Below are positions 9,895-17,700 of a stretch of DNA of 64,000 nucleotides, piece by piece (the stretch's first letter is position 1; every line of letters starts with the position of its first letter). The DNA comes from an uncultured Ectothiorhodospiraceae bacterium. GTDB taxonomy: Bacteria > Pseudomonadota > Gammaproteobacteria > Nevskiales > Oceanococcaceae. The stretch lies in assembly GCA_937141935.1 (NCBI GenBank), contig CAKZQS010000043.1:25152-89151 (forward strand), read 5' to 3'. The notes under the pieces were generated by a model that was given only the letters and a program-made list of their open reading frames with translations, was not told the origin of the DNA and searched no databases. A program made the translations under genes and the position numbers.

Positions 9895-10799
9895 CATTCA
9901 GCGTCATCATCAGTTGCTACAACTACGCGGACTACGTGGAAGCCGCCATCGAATCGGTGCTGGCGCAGACCCGGCCGCCGCTCGAGGTGCTGGTCGTCGA
10001 CGATGGCTCGCGCGACGACAGCGCGGCGCGTATCGCCGCCTGTGCCCGGCGCGCGCCGACGGTGCGCCTGCTGCGGCAGGCCAACCGCGGCCAGCTGGCG
10101 GCCTTCGTCCACGCGCTCGGCCAGGCTCGCGGCGACTACTGTGCGTTCCTGGATGCCGACGACTGGTGGGAGCCGGGTTACCTCGCTGGCCTGGCCGCCA
10201 TTCTGGAGCACGATGCCGCTATTGATTCCGTCAGCGCCAACCTGCGCTATGCCGGCGCGCGGGAGGGCCTGTACTGGCCCGCGGCCGCCGATCGCCGCGC
10301 GGGTCTGTCGGTGTTGCGCGCGCATGCCCGGCATGCCGTGCTGGGGGCGCCGACCTCCGGCGTCACGCTGCGCACCCGCCTGGCCCGGCGCATCGCTGCG
10401 ATACCCCGCGCGCTGCATGCCGATTGGGTCACCGAGGCCGACAGCCTGCTGCACCTGTGCGCCAGCCTGTTCGGGGCCTTGCGCTACGAATGGGGCGGCT
10501 GCCGTGCCGTGCATTACCGGGTCCATGCGGCCAATCGCTTTGCCGGAGCGACCCGCGATGCGGCCTTCGTGCCGCGGCGCCAGTTGCGCCTGGCCCGAGC
10601 CGCCGCCTGGGTCGCGGCCGAGCAGGGGCTGGGCGCCGCGCTGTGCCGCCACGCGCATGCCGAGTTCGCCACGATCGAGACGCCGAGCGCGCGTGAGCTC
10701 GGCGCCTACCTGGGCCTGCAGTGGATGGCGCCGGAGCCGGCGCCGCTGCGGCTGGCCAAGATGGGGCGCATCCTGCGCCAGGCGCTGCGCGCGCGCTAA
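9891..10799 (+). CDS. Glycosyltransferase family 2
   Basis: ATGA overlap at 9891. Motifs FSVIISCYNYADYVEAAIESVLAQT, VVDDGSRDDS, FLDADDWW. Confidence 0.8.
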   Translation: MTFSVIISCYNYADYVEAAIESVLAQTRPPLEVLVVDDGSRDDSAARIAACARRAPTVRLLRQANRGQLAAFVHALGQARGDYCAFLDADDWWEPGYLAGLAAILEHDAAIDSVSANLRYAGAREGLYWPAAADRRAGLSVLRAHARHAVLGAPTSGVTLRTRLARRIAAIPRALHADWVTEADSLLHLCASLFGALRYEWGGCRAVHYRVHAANRFAGATRDAAFVPRRQLRLARAAAWVAAEQGLGAALCRHAHAEFATIETPSARELGAYLGLQWMAPEPAPLRLAKMGRILRQALRAR

Positions 10800-10830
10800 G
10801 CCACCGCCGCGCCGCGACTGAGTTCCCCGG

Positions 10831-12255
10831 GTGCTGTTCAACAGCTACGTCTTCTGGCTCTTCCTGGGCCTGGTGCTGCTGGTCTATTGGCGACTGTCGC
10901 ACCGCCAGCAGAATGGGTTCCTGCTGCTCGCCAGCTATGTTTTCTACAGCGCCTGGGACTGGCGCTTTCTGTCGCTGATCCTGCTGTCGACCGCGGTCGA
11001 CTACCTGGCCTCGCATCGCATCCACCGCAGCACCGGCCCGCGCCAGCGCCGCGCCTGGCTGGCGCTGTCGCTGGGCACAAACCTCGGGCTGCTGGGCCTG
11101 TTCAAGTACTTCGACTTCTTCGTCGCCGAACTGGCGGCGCTGGCCGCCACGGCCGGGCTGCAATGGAACCTGCAGACGCTGGGCATCGTGCTGCCGGTCG
11201 GCATCTCCTTCTACACCTTCCAGACACTGGGCTACACGGTCGATGTCTACCGCCGGCAGGTGGCCCCCGCCCGCTCGCCGCTGGACTTCGCGCTCTACGT
11301 CGCCTTCTTCCCGCAGCTGGTTGCCGGGCCGATCGAACGCTCGGCGCGCCTGCTGCCGCAGATGCAGGCGCCGCGGCGCTGGCGGCGCGGCGACTTTGCC
11401 GCCGGCCTCGACGACGTGCTGATGGGCTTGTTCAAGAAGGTCGCGGTGGCCGACAACCTCGCGCCAATCGTCAACCACATCTTCGCGGCGCCGCCGGGCT
11501 CGCTCAGTGCCGCCGAAGTCATGCTGGGCGTGTACGCCTTCGCCATCCAGATCTATTGCGATTTCTCCGGCTATTCCTCCATCGCCCGCGGCGTTGCGCG
11601 ATGGATGGGCTTTGACCTGATGCGCAATTTCGCCTGCCCCTACCGCGCCCGCTCGCCACAGGAGTTCTGGCGCCGCTGGCACATCAGCCTGTCGACCTGG
11701 TTGCGCGACTACCTTTACGTGCCGCTGGGCGGCAACCGCGGTGGCCGCCTGGCGACCTACCGCAACCTGCTGCTGACCATGTTGCTCGGCGGGCTCTGGC
11801 ATGGCGCCGCCTGGACCTTCATCGTCTGGGGGGCCCTGCACGGAGGCTGGCTCGGGGTGCACCGGGCGCTGTCCGCGCGGCCGGCCTGGGTGGGGTTGCG
11901 CCAGGCCGCGCGTCGGCTGTGGCCGCTGCTTTCCGTACTGGCCACCTTCCACCTCGTCTGCCTGGGCTGGCTGTACTTTCGCGCCGAGTCCACGGCACAG
12001 GCGGCCACGATGCTCGGCCGGCTCGGCAGCCTGGCGGCGGGCGAGGGCAGCTTCGCCATGTCGGCGGGCGTGATGCTGGCCTTCTTTGCGCTTCCTCTGC
12101 TCGTGTACGAGGCCTGGCAGTTCCACGGCGGCCGCATGGTGCCGCGCTTGCCACGCCACGGCCTGGCTTACGGCAGCGTCCTGGCCTATGCGCTGGGCAT
12201 GCTGCTGCTGTTCCCCGCACCACGTCAGAATGAATTCATCTACTTCCAGTTCTGA
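10831..12255 (+). CDS. MBOAT-family membrane O-acyltransferase (AlgI/DltB/PatA-like)
   Basis: 474 aa polytopic protein. Motifs FFPQLVAGPIER and EFWRRWHISLSTWLRDYLYVPLGGNR (conserved MBOAT His region). GTG start. Confidence 0.85.
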   Translation: MLFNSYVFWLFLGLVLLVYWRLSHRQQNGFLLLASYVFYSAWDWRFLSLILLSTAVDYLASHRIHRSTGPRQRRAWLALSLGTNLGLLGLFKYFDFFVAELAALAATAGLQWNLQTLGIVLPVGISFYTFQTLGYTVDVYRRQVAPARSPLDFALYVAFFPQLVAGPIERSARLLPQMQAPRRWRRGDFAAGLDDVLMGLFKKVAVADNLAPIVNHIFAAPPGSLSAAEVMLGVYAFAIQIYCDFSGYSSIARGVARWMGFDLMRNFACPYRARSPQEFWRRWHISLSTWLRDYLYVPLGGNRGGRLATYRNLLLTMLLGGLWHGAAWTFIVWGALHGGWLGVHRALSARPAWVGLRQAARRLWPLLSVLATFHLVCLGWLYFRAESTAQAATMLGRLGSLAAGEGSFAMSAGVMLAFFALPLLVYEAWQFHGGRMVPRLPRHGLAYGSVLAYALGMLLLFPAPRQNEFIYFQF

Positions 12256-13237
12256 TCCGGTCGCGCCTGCGGTGTCCGGCGCGGCGGGCGGGTCAGGCGA
12301 CCCTGGCCTGCCCACGGCGCGGCTGCTGCGCGTGCTGTTGCTGGCGCTGCTGTGCCTGTTGCTGCTGGCCGAGCTCGGACTGCGCCACTACGAGGCGCGC
12401 TTGTCGGCCGACGTGGCCCAGCGCGCCGAGTTGCGCGCGCGCCTGGCCGCGCTGCCGGAACAGGGGCCGCCGCTGCTGCTGTTTCTGGGCAATTCGCTGA
12501 CCCGCGCGGGGGTGGACGCCGCCCAGGTGGCCGCAGGCCTGGCGGCCCAGGGGCGGGTGGTCGATGTGGAAGTCGCCCACCGCAATGACACGACGCTGGC
12601 CGAGTGGCGGGCCATGTATGCCGCGTTGGCGCAAGAGGCGGGACGCACGCCGCGCTGGGTCGTCGTCGGCTATGCCGACCGGCATTTGGTGGACGTGTCG
12701 CCCGCCGACCCGACGCTGCTCGGCGCGGACTACGCGAGCCTGGCGGACCTGCGCTGGCTGGTCGGTGCCGAGCTGCGCTCGGTCTCGGCCGTGGTCGAAT
12801 TCGCGCTGGCCGACCGGCTGCGGCTGTTCGCCCATCGCTACCGGCTGCGGCGGCGCCTGCTGCATGCGCTGATTCCCGCCTTCCCGGCGCTGGCCGAGCG
12901 CCTGTATGTGCGGGCACCCGGTCCGACAGCGCCCGCGGACGCGGCGGGGGATGGCCGGCTCGCCCCCCTGGCGCGGGAACGGCTGCAAGCGCTGGCGGCA
13001 CGTACTCGCGCCGACGGTGCGCAGCCTCTGGTCGTCGCCATGCCGACCCGCGCCGGCTACGTGCTGCCGCGTGCCTTGGTCACGGAGCTCGATGCGCTGG
13101 GCGTCACGCTGCTCGACGCCCGCGCCCTGCCGCTGGGCGCCGCCGACTTCAATGATGCGCATCACCTGAGCGCCTCTGGCAGGGCAAGCTACGGCGCGTG
13201 GCTGGCCGCACGCCTGCCGACCGTCCTGCAAGACTAA
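12230..13237 (+). CDS. Membrane-anchored periplasmic protein, probable partner of the MBOAT acyltransferase (AlgJ/PatB-like role)
   Basis: ATG 12230 overlaps the MBOAT gene end by 26 nt. Single N-terminal hydrophobic anchor (LLRVLLLALLCLLLLAELG). LLLFLGNSLT resembles SGNH block I. Function is inferred mostly from position. Confidence 0.45.
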   Translation: MNSSTSSSDPVAPAVSGAAGGSGDPGLPTARLLRVLLLALLCLLLLAELGLRHYEARLSADVAQRAELRARLAALPEQGPPLLLFLGNSLTRAGVDAAQVAAGLAAQGRVVDVEVAHRNDTTLAEWRAMYAALAQEAGRTPRWVVVGYADRHLVDVSPADPTLLGADYASLADLRWLVGAELRSVSAVVEFALADRLRLFAHRYRLRRRLLHALIPAFPALAERLYVRAPGPTAPADAAGDGRLAPLARERLQALAARTRADGAQPLVVAMPTRAGYVLPRALVTELDALGVTLLDARALPLGAADFNDAHHLSASGRASYGAWLAARLPTVLQD

Positions 13238-13243
13238 AAAAAA

Positions 13244-13263
13244 CGGCCACCCGAAGGTGGCCG
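13244..13263. terminator. Bidirectional intrinsic terminator hairpin between convergent genes
   Basis: CGGCCACC-CGAA-GGTGGCCG forms a perfect 8-bp stem. An A8 tract lies immediately upstream (13236..13243), which is the U-tract for the minus-strand transcript. A T-rich stretch (cttgtttt) lies downstream. Confidence 0.7.
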
Positions 13264-13287
13264 TGGAACTCTTGTTTTGGCCGTGGC

Positions 13288-14580
13288 CTAGGGCAGGTGG
13301 TGGCTGTATTCCAGCGTCCAGTCCTGCAGGCGCTCGCCGAGCATGACACCGTTGATATTCTGGTTATCCAGCCAGAAATCGGCATCGTCGAACTCGTTCA
13401 TGCGCACGACGAAGATCGTGTAGTCCGCGAAGCCCGGCGTAGCCAGCAAAGCCTGATGCACATCGTCCAGCGATGCGGAACCGGCAATACCCAGCGCGGC
13501 GGAGGACCAGGTGGTTTTGCCGGCCATGTAGTCGCGCTTGACCCACTGGTCCTTCTTGCAGCTCGGCGTGTCCAGGGTGCCGGACACGTAGATGTAGTCG
13601 CCAGCGGTCTCACCCTCCGCCAGGATCGTTAGCAGCGGCGCACCCGACAGGCCCAGTCGGGCGCAGGACTTGCCGGAATAGTTCACGTCAACCGACAGCT
13701 CTTCGATATCGCTGAACTGCATGTCCGGCGTCGGGAAGAAGCTGGTGGACATGTACTCGGCTTCGGGCATCCAGCGGGTGTCCGGCGAGTAGTGCAGCGC
13801 CTCGCCGTGCTGCAGCATGCGGCCAAAGCCGCCAGGGCCCGCGCCCCAGGCGAGGTTCAGCGTCTCGTAGAAGCCGCCCTGCGGCAGCAGCGACTCGACG
13901 GCAAATGCCGGAACAACCGGTTGTTGCGATGCCGGGTTGTAATCCTGCACCCGCTCGCGCATCACGCTGTCGTTGACGTAGAAGTCATCAAACCAGGCGC
14001 CGGCGCCGGTGTAGCCATCAAAATTGATGCGCACGCGGCTGATGCGATAGTTGCGGCCCAGGGCGCTGCGCACGGCGGCATGCGCCTGGACTTTCGTCAG
14101 GTTGTTACCCCCGCCGACGGCGCTGGCTTGCCAGTAGGTGGCATTGCCCTTCAGGAAGTCCATCGTCTCCCAGCCCTGGCTCGGGCATTGGGTGGGCGAG
14201 TTCAGGTGCACGCGAATCTGCGTCTCTTCCGCCGGTGAGGCGGCCGGCTCACCCGGGCGCTCGACGACGACGGTCATACGCAGGCCGCCACCGGTGCAGG
14301 TGCCGCCCTCGGCCATCAGCATGTCGAACTGCATGCGATTCAGGTCGCGGATCTGCATGTTGCCGCTCGGGAAGAACACCGCCGACATGGCGCTGTTGCC
14401 CGCGCCGGCGGCGAACTGCATGGCTTCGCCACGCGCGAGCCGGGTTTCCAGAATCGTCGGCGGAAGCGTCCATGCGGTGCCGTAACTCTGGAAGTAGCCG
14501 TTCACGGGCGTGTCGCCAAGCTGCGCCGTGGCCGGCACGCTTGCTGCAATTAGGGCCGCAGCGGCCCAGAACTGTTTCAT
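13288..14580 (-). CDS. Secreted protein of unknown function with two tandem beta-sandwich (CBM/lectin-like) modules
   Basis: ORF 13288..14592; ATG at 14580 gives the signal peptide MKQFWAAAALIAASVPATAQ. The two halves are visibly related (FFPSGNMQIRDLNRMQFDM vs FFPTPDMQFSDIEELSVDV; WFDDFYVND vs FWLDNQNING). No family recognised. Confidence 0.6.
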   Translation of the reverse strand: MKQFWAAAALIAASVPATAQLGDTPVNGYFQSYGTAWTLPPTILETRLARGEAMQFAAGAGNSAMSAVFFPSGNMQIRDLNRMQFDMLMAEGGTCTGGGLRMTVVVERPGEPAASPAEETQIRVHLNSPTQCPSQGWETMDFLKGNATYWQASAVGGGNNLTKVQAHAAVRSALGRNYRISRVRINFDGYTGAGAWFDDFYVNDSVMRERVQDYNPASQQPVVPAFAVESLLPQGGFYETLNLAWGAGPGGFGRMLQHGEALHYSPDTRWMPEAEYMSTSFFPTPDMQFSDIEELSVDVNYSGKSCARLGLSGAPLLTILAEGETAGDYIYVSGTLDTPSCKKDQWVKRDYMAGKTTWSSAALGIAGSASLDDVHQALLATPGFADYTIFVVRMNEFDDADFWLDNQNINGVMLGERLQDWTLEYSHHLP

Positions 14581-14608
14581 GTGGTCCCTCAAGTTTTCTT
14601 ATCCCCAC

Positions 14609-14682
14609 GTAGGAAAACTCCTACACAGCCGTAGCCTAGGCACGTATTTCTACGGGTCAACCCGTAGAGCAATATTTGCTCT
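14609..14682. promoter_or_regulatory. Cluster of three short perfect inverted repeats upstream of 13288..14580
   Basis: GTAGGA-aaac-TCCTAC (14609..14624), CTACGGG-tcaa-CCCGTAG (14650..14667) and AGAGCAA-tat-TTGCTCT (14666..14682). A CGTAG/CTACG core recurs. Located in a relatively AT-rich intergenic region. Confidence 0.35.
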
Positions 14683-14732
14683 GTTTGCCAGACTTCGGCT
14701 GTGATGGGCGTCACATGCCATGCTAAGAGCCT

Positions 14733-14771
14733 GAAAAGGCTGGCGAAACCGCTCCGGATCTCGCCAGCCTT
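14733..14771 (-). terminator. Putative intrinsic terminator of the dual-subtilase gene
   Basis: On the minus strand, 13 nt after the stop: AAGGCTGGCGA-(14 nt loop)-TCGCCAGCCTT followed by a short U run (TTTCAG). The loop is long and the U-tract short, so confidence is moderate. Confidence 0.5.
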
Positions 14772-14783
14772 CCTTCGCTCAGG

Positions 14784-17700
14784 CTAGGGGATCACGCTGC
14801 CGCAATAGAGGAAGGGATCGTCGGCCGGCGTGTCGTAGCTGTTGAAGAACCAGCCCGGGCCCGGGGCATCCCAGTAGGTCTTGCGACGGCGGATATTGGC
14901 CGTCTGGAAATCGCAAAACTCGGCAGCCTTGGTGCGGCTGCCGCTACCGAAGCCGAGCTGGGCCAGCGTTTCCGCGACCACGGCCTTGTCCGGCAGTGCC
15001 GACAGGTTGCCCCAGCCCAGGGTCGCCCAGGGCGCAGCGTCAATCGGCGGCTGCGCGCCCAGGTCGAAGACCGCGGTGACGGGGTTGTAGTCCTCGAGGC
15101 GGTCGACATAGGCGCCAACTTCCAGCGCACGGCGCAACTGCCAGGTGGTGATGCTTTGGCCCAGCCCGGCGGCCAGCACCGGTTGCCCACCCACGTTGCG
15201 GATGCCGCCGACGTGGCCGAGCGAGCGCCGGGCCTCGAGCAGGACCTTCGAGGCCACGCCGGCCGAACGCGGCGTGGCGAAGCTGGTGCCGCTCACGCGA
15301 TCGTCCAGGCCGGACTCACACTCGAAGCAATAGGGCAGCTGCTGCGTGAAATCGGACACGAAGTCGATGAAGTAGCCGGACACCGTGGTGCGGCCCTCCG
15401 AGCTGCCTTCCTCGATGCCCGCGATGGCTACGGTCCACCAGGGTCCCGCGCCGCCCGCTTCGGGCGTGAAGGGGTCGGCGGAGTTGGCGGCCGAGGAGAA
15501 GTGCACCTTGCCCTGGTCGATCACCGCCTCGGCGGCCGGGCCGGTGAACGGAAGCGGCAGGCCGGTGCCCAGGACGGGGTCCTGGAAGCCGTAGCTGGTC
15601 GACACGATATCCACGGACGGGTGCAAAAAGCCCAGGCTTTCGGCTTGCGCATCGCCGATCGACGCGCCGAACTCGACGAAGAGCACGATGGCTTCCGGGT
15701 TGGCCTGCAATACCGCGGCGGCCGTGCCCACGCCGTGCTCGCCGGAGGTGTCGCCCGGATCCGGGAGGATCGGGCGACGGCCCGGTGCGCTGTCGTAGGA
15801 CACGGCGATCAGGTTGGTGCCCTTGAACCAGTACAACTCGCCAGGCTGGATATTCGCCCAGATCGCCGCGTCGGCGGCGTAGTCGGCGGCGAAGTTGCCG
15901 GTGCGGGTCAGCTCGATCTGGTGCGAGGGCCCGATGCCCAGTTCGGCCAGCACGGCCGGTGTGACCGCCGACGGCGCGGCATTGGCATAGATCGGGCTGC
16001 CGGCATGGAAGTAGTCGTGGTAGGGCAGGGTGCCGGTGTCGAGCACCGACACGATGACCCGCGCGGCATTGTTCGGCGGCGTGCCGCCCGCGGCGATCGT
16101 GACGCGGACCTCACCTTCGAAAGGCGTGTCGGCGCTGACGAAGCCCTGGGTGCGGATCACGTAGTCGCCGTTGATCTCGGGCGCGGCGAAGCTGACGCGT
16201 TCGGCGGCTTCGCCGGCGGCAAGCTGCGTACGCGCCGCGGTCTCGGTGCGGCCATGGGCGTCGACTTCCAAGTCCAGATCCTCGGCCACCAGGTCCCAGC
16301 GAATCTCGACGGTGACCGCGGTCGCGGTGCAGCCGGCCGGCAGGGCCACCTGCACGTTCTCGGTCACCGTGTTGCCACCCAGCGGTGCCGCGTACAGTGC
16401 GGCCGTGCCCACCATGCCGCTGAAGCTGTGCAGCACCTGCTCGCCCGCGGGCAGCGTGCAGCTCGGCGGCGGGGCACCACCCTCGGAGGTGTCGCGCCCG
16501 TCGGCACAGCCGCTGTCGGCCGCATCGATGGCACCATCGCCGTCGTCGTCGAGGCCGTTCGAGCACTGCGTGGTGCCGGCGTCGGTCTCGTCGTTGTCGG
16601 CGCTGGCGGAGCAGCCCGCGTCCTGCATGTCGGTCCAGCCGTCGCCATCGTCGTCCAGGCCGTTACTGCAGGCCGAGGGCGGCGGCGGGTCGGTTTCGTC
16701 ATCGTCGATCGACGACGAGCAGCCCGGGTCCGCCAGGTCGGTCAGGCCGTCACCGTCGTTGTCGACGCCGTCGGCGCATTGCGCCGGTTGCTGCGAAGCT
16801 CGCTGAAACTCCGTAGAGCGCAGCGTGCGCGTCGGCGCCGCGTCGGCGCGGACAACGTCGACCTCCACGGTGAAGGCGGCGCCAAGGTTGAGCAGCGTCT
16901 CGGAGACCTCAATCCGGTAGCGGCCGGTGGCCACAGCATTGGCCGGCGCCTGCGGGGTCAGCACCACTTCCTGCATGCCGCTGGCCAGCGTGTAGGAGGA
17001 GCCGCGCAGCGCGCTGTCGTTGTCCGGGCCATAAACGTCCAGACCCAGCTGATCCACTGCCGATTGCCAGCGCACGACGAAGCGCAACTGCTCGACGTCA
17101 TTGAGGCTGGCCGGCAGCACGAAGTCGAAGGCGTGCGGCACGATGGTGCCGCCTTCGGCGGGGCAGCCGGTGCAGAGCACACCGAGGTAGGTCCCGGCCG
17201 TGGCGCTGCGCTCATAGACCCGCGTCGCGCCGCCGCCGACGTCGACGTCATAGCCATCCTGCGGCTTGTTGCGCTGCAGGGCCGCGGCCACGGCGCCCAG
17301 GGCATCGACATAGCCGGCGCCCACCTCGTGCGGCTGGTAGCCGGGCATCGCCCGCGCCGTGCTCTGCAGGATGTCGTAGACGCCCTCGAAGTCCAGCGCC
17401 GGGTTGGCTTCCAGCATCAGCGCGATGACGCCGACCACGTGCGGGGCGGCCATCGATGTGCCGGAAATCGTGGCGTAGCGCGGGTTCGAGGTGTTGGCCA
17501 GCGGCGTCGAGGTCGCGCCGTTCAACGCGCGCGAGGCGGTGATGCGCGTGCCCGGCGCGGTGATGTCCGGGCCCGGCGCCGTGGTGTTATCCGGCGTACC
17601 GCGCGAGGAGCTGTCGGCCAACTCGTAGTTGCGGTCGCCATTGGCCACGGAGATCACGCAGGGGTGCTGCGCATCGGGGCCGATGGTGTCGTTGGCCGGG

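Noticed and set aside
10429-12315. 628-aa minus-strand ORF opposite the MBOAT gene
   Set aside because: Low-complexity R/P/G/A translation, whereas the plus frame has canonical MBOAT motifs and TM segments.
13238-14790. Lower-GC patches (also about 19692..19960, 49440..49800, 62205..62650) as signs of a mobile element or island boundary
   Set aside because: They coincide with intergenic/promoter regions and with two secreted-protein genes. No integrase, transposase, tRNA, direct repeats or IS ends are visible, so a mobile-element call is unsupported.
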